Assembly (NCBI GenBank): GCA_024679065.1
Contig: JAGIQG010000011.1
Span: forward strand, 7,874,001 to 7,938,000
Direction: 5' to 3'
Origin: Sphyrna mokarran
Lineage: Eukaryota
DNA length: 64,000 nt
Of the stretch, positions 24,501 through 36,500 are shown piece after piece. The notes below the pieces were generated by a model. It did not search any database and was not told where the DNA came from. It was given only the letters and a program-made list of their open reading frames with translations. A program made the translations under genes and the position numbers. Within the stretch, counting starts at the first letter, position 1. Every line of letters begins with the position of its first letter.

Positions 24501-27500
24501 AGGGTGGCGTGGCAGTAAAATTCCAGCCCATGTGGCTGGATTGTGTAACATTAAAAGCTTTGGCGAGTTGCTGCAGTACTTGTTTTAATACAAGCATTTA
24601 TGTTGCTTGGATGCTGCGTGAGTAACCAATAATTCCTTTCTGCCTGAACTAGATCCTGGGATGAAGATCTGCTGAGTCAGGCCTGTGAACTGCTGCTTGA
24701 AGAGATTTCGCTCCCTAGCTCAGCACCTGGGGGAAGTGTGGAATTCCGGAGAACATTGATCATAAGTTTTTTCTACAAATTCTATCTGCAAGTGTGGCAG
24801 AGATTACAGCAACTGCTAAGCAAAGAGGCAAGAAATGTGTTTCATTCACAGGTTAACTGCGTGCCACATCAGGAAGAGTTGGTGGAGAGTAGAACATCGG
24901 GTGTCCCATGACTGATGACACATGGAGATGTGTAAAAGGGTATTCTAGAAGGATGTGAAGATAGAAATGAAGGGGGCTAGGATTAGCTAAAACCCAAATA
25001 AAGGAGACCAAAGCAGTCTTTAGAGATTCATGAAGGTAAGTTACCAAAGAGTCAACCTTTTCACATCCAGGTCCACCTCACATCCTGGTCCACTTCATGT
25101 CTGGATCCTCTTCATGTCAAGGTCAACTTCATGCTCCGAGGTTAACTTCCAAGTTCCCTTCCCATCTGGATCCCCTTTCTATCCAGATCCCTTAACCATC
25201 TGATTGATTTCACATCCAGCCCTGAAACAATTTGACATTCAGCTTTCCTTCATATTTGGATCACCATATTTGGATCCCCTTCATGTCTGGATCCCTTTCA
25301 CATCTGGATCCCATTCGTGTTTGGATCCACTTCACATCTGGGGCGGCACAATGATACAGTGGTTAGCTTTACTGCCCCACAATACCAAAGACCCGGGTTT
25401 GATTTCCAGCTTGGGTCGCTGCCTACACGGAGTTTGCACATTCTTCCCTTGTCTGCATGGGTTTCCTCTGATGCTCCGGTTTCCTCCCACACTCCAAAGA
25501 TGTACAGGTTAGGTTGATTAGCCATGGTAAATTGACCCTAGTGTCAGGAGGTTAGGAGGATTAGCATGGTAAATATGTGGGATTATGGGAATAGGACTTG
25601 GGTAAGATTGTGGTCAGTGCAAACTTGATGAGCCAAATGGCCTTCTTCTGCATTGTAGGGATTCTGTGGATTCCTTTCACACCCTCCACCTCTAGATCCT
25701 CTTCACATCCAGATCCTCTTCAAATCTGGATGCTTTTCACATTTGGTTCCACTTCCAGTTTGGATCCATTGTGCATACAGATTCACTACACATCCAGATC
25801 CACTTCAAATCTGCATCCATTACATTTGATTTGATTTTGATTTGATTTATTATTGTCACATGTATTAATGTACAATGAAAAGTATTGCTCCTCGCATGAA
25901 ACACAGACCACACTGTTCATACAGAAGGAGAGAGTGCAGAATGTAGTGTTGCAGTCATAGCTAGAATATAGAGAAAGATTAACTTAATGCGAAACAGGTC
26001 CATTCAAAAGTCTGATAGCAGCAGGAAAGAAACTATTCTTGAATTGGTGGTACATGTCCTCAGACCTTTATATCTATTGCCAGTTGGAAGAAGATGGAAG
26101 AGAGTATATCGAGGGTGAGTGGGGTTTTTAATTATACTGGCTGTTTTTCTGAGGCAGCGGGAAGTGTAGATAGTGTCAATGGGGGGAAGGCTGCTATGAG
26201 TGATGAACTGGGCTTTGTTCATGACTCTTTGTAGTTTCTTGTAGTCTTGGACAGAGCAGGAGTCATACAAAGCTCTGATACAACCAGAAAGAATGCTTTC
26301 TCTGGTGCATCTGGTGAAAGTTGTTGAAACTCACAGCAGACATGCCAAATTGCCTTAGCCTCCTGAGAAAGTAAAGGCTTTGGTGGGATTTCTCAACAAT
26401 AGCATCAGCATTGTGGGACCAGCACAGGTTGTTGATGATCTGGATACCTAAAAGACTTGAATTTTCGATAATTTCTACTTCTCTTTGAAATTAATGTGGA
26501 CAGGATCATGTCCTCCAATGGGCTCCCTGGAGTTAATGGCAATCTCCTTTGCTTCATTGATATTGAGAGAGAATTGTTGTTGCCGCACTAGTTCATCAGA
26601 TTCTCTATCTCTTTTCTGTACTCTACCTCATCATTGTTTGAGATCTGACCCACTACGGTGGTGTTGTCAGCAAATTTGAAAATCAAGTTGGAGGGGAATT
26701 TGGCCGCAAAGTCACAGGTGTATAAGGAGTATAGTAGGCGGCTGAGGACACAGCCTTATGGGCACCAGTGTTGAGGATGATTCATGGAGGAGGTGTTGTT
26801 GCCTGTCCTTACTAATTGTAGTCTGTGGGTTAGGAAATTCAGGATCCAGTTTGCAGAGGGAGGAGCCGAGGCCCAGGCCATGGAGTTTGGAAGTGAGTTT
26901 CATAGGAATAATGGCATTGAAAGCTGAGCTGTAGACAATAAATAGGAGTCTGACGTAGGCGTCTTTGTTACCAAGGTGTTTCAGGGTTGATTGCAGAGCC
27001 ACGGAGATGGCATCTGTTGCAGTGATAAGCGAACTGTAATGGATCCAGGCAATCTGGGAGGCTGGAATTGATTTGAACCATGCCTAACTTTCAAAGCACT
27101 TTATAATGATGGATGTCAGAATCACTAGAAGATAGTCATTAAGGTACGCTGCCTGGCTTTTCTTTGGTACCAGCAGACTGGGACCTCAGACTGTTGATAA
27201 GAGAGGTTGAAGATGTATGCGAATACCCACATGAGCTAGTCCATGCAGCATCTGAGTGCTCATCCAAGAACCCCATCCGGGCCAATCACTTTTCATGAGT
27301 TGACATGTCCAGAGTGACTGGAACTGCTTCATATCCAGGTTCTTTCCACATTTGGAATTACTTCATGTCTGGATCCCCTTCAGAACCAGATTCACTTCAC
27401 ATCCAGATGCACTTCACTTCCAAATCTGCTTCATGCCAGAATCCACTTCACAACCAGATACACTTCATGTCCGGATCCATTTCTGCCTGAATCTGGCTTT

Positions 27501-30500
27501 CCTTCTGACCTGTATCTGCTTCACGACCAGATCCCTTTCACATCCAGATTCACTTCATGACCTTTCTCTTCATAGTTAGATCCACTTCATATCCGTACCC
27601 CTTCATATTTGAATCTAACTCACCCCCTGAATCCCTTCACATTTGGATCCACTTCACGCTTGGATCTACTTCACATCCAGATTTACTTCATGTCCGGATC
27701 TGCTTCATCATCTCAACCCCATAAAATCCAGGTCCACTTCACTCCCAGAACCCCTTCAAGTTCAGACTACAGATCATGTCCAGATTCACTTCACATCCTG
27801 ATCCACTTCATTCATATTATGCTTTGAACCTCTTCACGTCCAGATCCACTTCATGTCTTGAAACCCTTCATGTTAGAATCCACTTCATGTCCAGATCCAC
27901 TTCATATCTGGATCTATTTCATGTCCTAATCCCCTTCATGCTCTGTTCCTGTCCCTGCCTGAATCAACTTAGTGTCTTGATTTACTTCATGCCATGATTC
28001 CCTTTATATCTGGATCTGCTACATGTCCTGAACCGTTTGACATCTAGATCCTCTTCAATCTTGCTTCATCTGGTAGGAACACTGAGTGCCTTCTCCCTTC
28101 AGGCCTGAGTCAAAATGTCCATAGAGTTTAAGTGTGGGGAGATGGAAGTGTTTGAGGTAATGTCACTGGACTCAGAGTCCAGAGGCCTAGTGTAATATTC
28201 TGGTAACATGGGTTCAAATTCCATCATGGCAGCTGGTGGAATTTAGATTCAATTAATATATCTGCAATATAAAGTTAGTCTTAGTAATGGTGATCTTGAC
28301 AACTATCATCAACTGTTGTAAAAACCTATCTGATTCACTGAGGGAAGGACATCTGCAAACCTTGTCTGGTCTACGTGTCACTCCTGATCCATACCAATGT
28401 GGTTGACTCTTAACTACCCTCAGTTCAAGTGCATCAGAATGGGCAACAAATATTGGCCTTGTCAGTGATGCCCATAGTTCATGAAAGAATAAAGAAAAAG
28501 ACTGATGCGCTAGGACCCTGATCTGATTTTGCTGTCTGCTGGTGATAAACTGGGTACGATGGATGATTTGGTCAGCTTCAGGCAGTCAATTAATTAATGG
28601 ATATTTTAACTGTCCACTATTCATTTCAGCCACTGCACCACAGAAATGATCCAGCACAGAAGGGGCCATTTGGTCCATCTTGTCCATGCCAACCCAAAGA
28701 TACCCACTTGTCCTTTCTAATTCCTGCACACAACCCATAGTTCTGCACCTTACAGCACCTAAAGTGCAGATCCAGGTACTTTTTAGATGAGTTGGAATAT
28801 AGTGTTCAATTCTGATTACCACACTACCAGAAGGATGTGGAGGCTTTGGAGCGGGTACAGAAAAGATTTACCAGGATGTTGCTTGGCATGAAGGGCATTA
28901 GCTATGAGGAGAGATTGCAGAAACTTAATTTGTTCTCACTGGAGCGATGGAGGTTGAGAGACCTGATTGAAGTCTGTAAGACTATAAGAGGCATGGCCAG
29001 AGTGAATAGTCAGATGTTTTTTCGCAGAGTGGAACAGTTAGTTACTAGGGGGCATAGGTTTAAGGAGCGAGGGACAAGACTTAAAGGAGATGTATGAGGC
29101 AGATTCTTTATACAGAAAGTAGTGGGTGCATGGAACTCATTACTGGGGAAGGTAGCGGAAACGGATAGTGACTTTTAAGGGGCATCTTGACAAGTACATG
29201 AATAGGATGGGAATAGAGGGATATGGTACCTCGAAGGGTAGGGGATTTTAGTTAAGTCAGGCAGCATGTCGGTGCAGGCTTGGAGAGCCAAAGGGTTTGT
29301 TCCTGTATTGTAATTTTCTTTGTTCTTTGAGTTTAGAGTCTCTGCCTTCACCACCAACTCAGGCAACAAATTCCAGACATCCACCATCCTCTATATAAAA
29401 GATTTTTCCTCATATCCCCTCTAATCCTTCTGCCACATAGCTTGAATCTATAATACCTTGTTTTTGAACTTTCTGTCAAGAGAAGCAGCTTCTTCCTTTC
29501 TACTCTACATTTAGCCCTCATTTTCCATACCTCAATCATGTCACCTCTCAGCGTTCTCTATTCCAAGCAAAACAACCCCAAACTTTCCAATCTCTCCTCA
29601 TAGCCACAATTCCCCAACATTCTAGTAAATCTTCTCTGCACTCTCTCCTGAACAATTACGTCCTTTCTGCAATGTGGTGACCAGAACTGCACACAATTTT
29701 CCAGTTGTGGCCTCACTAGTGTCTTACATGGTTTCATTATGATGTCCCTACTTTTGTATTCTGTATCTCTGCCAAGGAAGGGGAGCATTCATATGCTTTC
29801 TTTACAATCTTATCTACCTGTATTGCTAGCTTTAGGGAACCTGTGCACTTTCATGTCAAGATCTCACATTTCACCTACTCCTCTCAGTATATTCCCATTT
29901 TATTGTGTATTCCCTTTCACTGTTTGACCTCCCTAAATGCATTACCTCATACTTATCAGAGTTGAACTTCACCTGCTACTTTCTTGCCCATTCCACCAAA
30001 CAATCTATATTATTTTGGAGCTTTTAGCTATCCTTTACATTATCCACCACATGGCCAATTTTTATGTCATCTGTAAATTTTCCAATCATGCCCCTCATGT
30101 TCAAGTCCAAATCGTTAATATATAAAACAAACAGCAAGGGTCCCAACACTGAACCCTGCTGAATACCACTTGGAATATCTTTCCATTCGCAATGGCAGCC
30201 ATCAATCATTACACCTTGTTTCCTGTTACAAGGGCAACTTTGGATCCAATTCACCACACTATCCTGTGTCCCATATTTTCCTTTGTTGACCAGTCTTCCA
30301 TGCAAGACCTTGTTGAGTGCCTTACTAAAATCCATATAAACAATATATTCTGCACTATCCTTGTCACTTCCTCAGAGATTTCAGTAAATTTGTACAGCAT
30401 GACTTTCCCTTCAAAAAGCCATGGGATGGAATTTTACTTCTGCTTTACATCCACTTTTTGGTATAAAAATGCCATAAAATTGGGCATAAACTGACTAGCG

Positions 30501-33500
30501 TGAATGGTGACTTTTTTGTGACAAGCACAATTTTATGACACCTGGATTTCTGGCATAGTCAACCTCCTGCTGGAAATGGGTACTAGATTGATTAATTTAT
30601 GTGTTTGTTAATTTCCATGTGTTTAGCAAGCTTGGCAGTCAATCATCCAAGTTCAATTACTTTTATGATCCTGCCAGGAGAGGTTCCCTCGAGCAAGGAA
30701 AACATTGCAACCACACCACCCCCCTCTCCACCCACCATTAACAGTGAACAGTCATGTTGGCCTTGCCAATGGAAGTGGAGGCTACTGAGTCCCCCCCCAG
30801 GAGGCTGAGTGCAAGGCGGGGATGCACTTTAGGCAGTGCCATCCTGCCACCTGGGCAATGCTCACCGGATAGTGCCAGATGATGGGGCCAATGGGGATGG
30901 GGTCTCTGGAGCTGGGTCAATGTGGAGGGCAGAGCCTGTGGGAGGCCCACTGCCACTTTGCATGTGATCGGTGGGGAAAGGATCCATGATCGATTTGAGC
31001 AGCTGGTGCGAGGGTGGGGGGGAGGAGGTTGGCGGCAGCTGCATCACGGGTCACAGGCCCCCACAGTTGTGGGGGAGGGGAGCTAGTTGTGACTGTCTGC
31101 AGTAGCAGAGGCCTGACAGCTCTCTCTCATCCTGTCAGGCCCCTGTTACTGTTAATGTACACATGCGCAATATTTACCTCTTCAGGCTATCTTGTGAGTT
31201 AAGACCTGCCCATAGCCTCTCTGGTCAGAAACAAATTATTCTAAAATTTCAGAGTCACTGTGCATAAGATTGGGCATGAAAACTCACCCAAAAATAGATC
31301 TGGAACTCTCCCATTTTCAGATTAGCTGGCATTTAGAAAAAAGTCTTGTAAAATTCCGCCCGAACTGTCTATTCTTCATAAGTCCATGACTTTTTAAGTA
31401 ACAGTTTGTCCAATCCCTCAGGATCGATTCTAGCAATTTGCCTACCACCAAAGTAAGACTAACTGGGGTATAATGGTTTTGTATTTCCTTTGTACCCTTT
31501 TTAAACAACAGCAGTTCCCCTGTGTCCAGTGAAGACTGGAAAATAATCCTCAGAGCATCTATTATTCCCTTCCTGACCTCCTTCAACAGCCTAGGAAACA
31601 ATCCATTCAGCCTTGGTGACTTAAAAAATTTCCAGGATTCCAACTTCTCTTCATTTGTTATCCAGATGTATTCAATATTTCACATTACTCTTCTTGGATT
31701 GCTATGTTCACATCATTCTTTTTCTTTGTGAATAGGGAAACAAAATATGCATTAAAATCTCTTCCCATATTCTCTGTATCTTCACACAAGTTATCTTCTT
31801 CATCTGTGATTTGTTCTGCTTTTTCTGTAATTATTCTTTTGCTTTTTATATACAGGTAAAAAATATCTTTGAGGTTTCCTGTCTTGTTTGCTAATGTTTT
31901 TTCATGCCTTCACGTTGATTTCCTTTTTTTTAACTTGACCCTTGTACGTTCTATATCCCTGAGGCTCTCTGCAATATTGAGTTTTTTGTGACTTTGATAA
32001 AGCTTTCTTTTTCTGTTTAATCTTCCCTTGTATATTTCTAGATAATAAAGGGGGTCTAGATTTGGCAGGGCAACTCTTATTTTTGGAAGGGACATGCTTT
32101 GTACCCTAAGGATCTCACTTATTAGTGCTTCCCACTGGTTTACCACTAATTTATCTGTCAGCAATACTGTCCAGTCCACCTCAGCCAAACCACTTCTCAG
32201 TTTTGTAAAATGTGTCTTCCCTTAATTTAAGACTTTTAGTCCTGATTTATCTCTGTCCTATTCCATAATAATACTAAATCTAACCAAATTGAGGTTGTTA
32301 TCTCCGATATGGTTAGAAACGGGCAGCACGATGGCACAATGATTAGCACTGCTGCCTCACAGCTCCAGGGACATGGGTTCAATTCCCAGCTTGGGTCACT
32401 TGTGGACTTTGCACATTCTCTCTGTGTCTGTGTGGATTTCCTCCTGGTGCTTCAGTTTCCTCCCACAGTCCAAAGATGTGCTTATCTAGGTAAGATACCC
32501 AGGACATATCTTACGTGTCCTGGGATATGTAAGGTAGTGGGATTAGTGGGGCAAATATATGGGGTTACAGGGATAGGACTTGGGTGGAATTGTTGTCACT
32601 GCAGACTCAATGGGCCGAATGGCCTCCTGCACTGTACGGATTCTATGGTTGCCTGATGTCACTTCACCCATTTGCCCATCTTCACTTTCCAAGATTAAAT
32701 CTAGAATTGAGTTTCCTCTCGTTGGCCTTGTCATATATTGTTTAAAAATATTTTTACACAGTATATGAATTTTTCAACCTCAATGCCTCTTATATTGTTT
32801 GAAACCCAATTGATATTGGGATAGTTAAAGTCCCTACTTTTTAAAAAAATGTACTTTTTGGTACTTTATTCCTAATCAGAAACCATTTAAGTCCAAACAG
32901 AATCCTCACATGAAGGACAAATCAGATCCAAGCTGACAAAATAAGAATATACATGCCATCTTGGGCTTGATCAACAAGATCCAAGCTGACAGGATAAAGC
33001 ATTACATCTCCTCCCCTGATTGATCTGAGCTTCATCTTAGCCAAAAGACTGAGATGGCTTTGAAAAATTACATCAGATAAAGCATTGGTTTAACCTCATC
33101 GGCTATTCTGATTGCTTGCTCTACTCTGGCACAGGCAAACCACAATCACAAGCATCAGCACACTGCAAGTGCAATGGGCTAGCCACATCCCCTGCTTGAT
33201 CACGATTTCACTCCTGCCAGATAATCATCACTATGCCTAGCAATGTTTGGAATGGTTCACCAAGTCTCCTACTATAATTGCCCTTTATCCTCCAGGCAGA
33301 AATTATCTACATACCTGTTCTACTATCTTCCTTTTACTATTTGGGTGTCTGTTGTATTCTCTTAGTGTTGTGACTGCTCCTTTTTTATACCTAAGATAAA
33401 TCTATAAAACCTCATTTGTTAGCCTATTTAGTATACCATTCCCTCTCACAGTTGTAATTGATTCTTTAACCAATAAGGCTATCCCCACTCCTTTTTGTTA

Positions 33501-36500
33501 CCCTCTGAAAACTGCGTATCCAGGTATGTTGAACTGCTAATGTTCCTCCTTTAACCAGATTTTGTTACAGCAATGATATAAACTGCTGCCATGTGTCTGA
33601 CTGTGCTTTTAGTTCACCTGTCTTTAAAATACTCCTTGCACTGAAGTCTAAGCAGTTCAACTCTGCCAATTTCCTTTGCTGGATGCTTTTTAATCTTAGT
33701 TTCTTTTGACTTTCCGAGTTGCTGTCTACATCACTAACTAATGTTCTATCTCCCATTTCCCGATTTGAATCTGACCTTTGGTTCCCATCTCCATGCCATA
33801 CTTGTTTAAAAACCTTCCAGTGAAACAAGCAAAAACTCCCTGAAGGATATTGGTCCCAGCTCTGCCCAGGTGTAATCTGTCAGGCTTGTACAAATCCCAC
33901 TTTCTGTAGAACTGGTCCCAATGCCTCACAAATCTAAACCTCTCTCTGGCACACCATTTCTCCAGCCATGCATTCATCTGGTCCATCATTTTATTCCTGT
34001 TCTTGCTAGCGTGTAGCAGTGGGTATAATCCTGAGATTGCTACATTTGAGATCCTGCATTTTAATCTGTCTGTTAGTTTCCCATATTCCACTTTCAGGAC
34101 CTCATCCCTTTGTTGACCTGTATTGTTAGTACTTATGTTAGAAGCATGAGCTTAAAATCATCCCCCTCTATTTTGAGCCAAATTAGCGTTATCTCCAGCA
34201 GGTAAAGTGGTGAGAATTCTGTTGGATGTGTCAGTGTATTCGAGATCGTAATTCACCCACACTTTAAAGGGATTCTCTCTGACACAAATTGTGTTTGGTC
34301 CATCTCATTCAATTTTCCAGCCATAACACAGTTTACTTTGGGGCTCATGAGGCTGGAGAATCTCGACCTTTATTTCTGAATGTTGCCATCAGTTGGAAAC
34401 ATTTCAGACACATCTCGCTCCTGTTAGTTTGAAGGCATTGACAACAGGGTTAAGCATGTGGAGTTAAAAAAGGAACCTAGTAAATCATTTCACAAATATT
34501 TTAAACCTTTGACTTTTACTCCCTCAGACTTTTCCACGGCAATCTGAACAGTGAGAATCCTGGGATGGGAGAGGGTTGATCAGTGGCTCTTTGACCATTG
34601 TATTAGATTAGATCCAAAAATAAAGTTGATTAATACAAAAAGGTGAAAGATGCCTTGCCAAAACAGGAAGCGTCTGCATGTACATAAATACATGTAAACT
34701 ATGGACATACGAACATGCAAAATTGAAGGGCAGGAAAAGATGAGTCATCCTATCAAACACGCCTCACAATTCACAATGGCTGTAACATCATGACTAAATT
34801 TATCATTACTTATCTTACCACAGTTATGAAATCTCCTCAGGCAAAAAAAAACAGAAGAGATCCCACAGCCAATGAAGGAAACAATTCTTTGGAAAATTCG
34901 TCTTTAATCTCCTCAGTTAAAACTGTCCATGATACCAGGTAGTCCAACCTTCTATGTGATGTTAAATGATGTTAGGAATTAATCCTTCTTTAAGGCAAAG
35001 ACAGAACCCACCCCACCAGATAGCAAAATATTCCACAGGGTCACTATTGTTTGCATGGCTTCAATTCACAGCTCCTTTTCATTTTTCCTCCAGGATCTGT
35101 TTGTTGCAGATATCCCAGAGCGATACCACAGTGCAATGAGCCCACTTCTGGTCGAGCTGCCTCGAGGCCTCCAGAAATTTCAGGTCCGTTGATCCTACCC
35201 AGCATTTTCTGTGAAAAATGGAGGCAATTCTTCTCCAAAAATTCTAAGTGTTGAATTCGCATAAAAATGAGTAATCCCACTGTTTTTCCAGCAAGCGTTT
35301 CAAAATGAATCTTCCACACTCTGTGCACTGCAGAGTACACTAGCAGGAATCTTGTGAAAATTCAGAGGGCAGGGCCTCTTCTCGCTGGAGAAGCCAGCAG
35401 CATAGCGCTAAGTTGGCCACGACACCTGCACCAATGTGTCAGCACCGACATCAGCGTATGCACAGTGGCCCTGCACTGCCGTATGCACCAATCTGTCAGC
35501 ACCGACATCACCATATGTACAGTGGCCCCGCACTGTGATTGCTGGCCAGCTGATCGCCGGCTAGCCCTGCCACTTTCGCATCGCTGGTCCTCCCATTCCC
35601 CATGGCCCAATCACTGGCCCCCCAAACATGTTTGGGCAAGGCTTCGACACCACCGCCTGCCTCAATCTCCATCTCTCCACCCAACCAATGGCAGCCCCAA
35701 ATACCCGATTATCTCCCCCCGCCTGCAGTCCCAATCCCTCCCCCTTGCAGGCCAATCCATCCCCCCCACCCAATATCCTGCTCTGATCACTGGCCTCCCT
35801 CCCTCTGCTTGTGATCCTTCTGCAGAATGGCAACAAGACCCCCCCAACCCCACCGATCACCCTTCACAAGCTCCATCCCTCTGGTCCTGCCCCCTAGACA
35901 CTGCCTGATATCTGGTGGGCATTGCCACTTTGCCCCTTGGGCAGTGTAACAGAGCCTAGGCTGGCATTGCCGAGTTGGCAATGTCCAGGTGGTATCCTCT
36001 CTCACCCCCAATCTTCCGAGGAGCCTCGATGGCCCCCCACTTCATTCCAGTGGGGTGTGGCCACCAGCTCCCCATTAGTGGGGAGCTGTTGTAAACGCTG
36101 CTGGAGTAAACCACTCCTGGCCAGGGGTGGGGGAAAGCTAGTGGGCCTAGAGATTTCAGTCCTGCTGATTATATGTTAAAAATATTTAAATTAGGATTGC
36201 CATAATTTTTTCATTACTTTGCCAATTTTTGGCATAGAGCTGATGGTGCTGGAAATCAGACTGCTCATGGAGGCCTTAGCACTCAGTGGGGAGTCCGCTA
36301 CATGGCCTCTGCTTGAGTCTCCTGGTTCGGTTCGCTGCACTACGGAAGTAGTGCAGGGGGCTGGCAGAATCGTCCCCGTAAAGTTCCCACGTCCATACTT
36401 GTTCCCAACCCATTTGGAGGTAACGAGAATTGGAGGGAACTTGTGTCAGTTGTCTGTATTGGATTTGTTGGAGAGTAAAATTGATTTATGTTAAATTGGG

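Larger units (their letters stand above)
25060..28070. repeat. ~17-bp minisatellite (GGATCCACTTCAYRTCY) split by a SINE and a LINE
   Basis: Tandem units at 25060-25340, 25675-25825 and 27305-28070. Confidence 0.9.
28640..34140 (-). mobile_element. Decayed near-complete CR1 LINE (esterase ORF1, endonuclease, RT) with nested insertions
   Basis: ORF1 esterase ([25 protein letters not shown], 33738-34091); EN ([12 protein letters not shown]); RT ([32 protein letters not shown]). Confidence 0.85.

Noticed and set aside
35101-35112. Alternative acceptor ttgttgcag|at inside exon 16
   Set aside because: It gives phase 1, incompatible with the phase-0 donors of exon 15; the upstream acceptor has a much stronger polypyrimidine tract.
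35354-36494. 184-aa and neighbouring ORFs
   Set aside because: They lie in a GC-rich non-autonomous TIR element with no recognisable domain.
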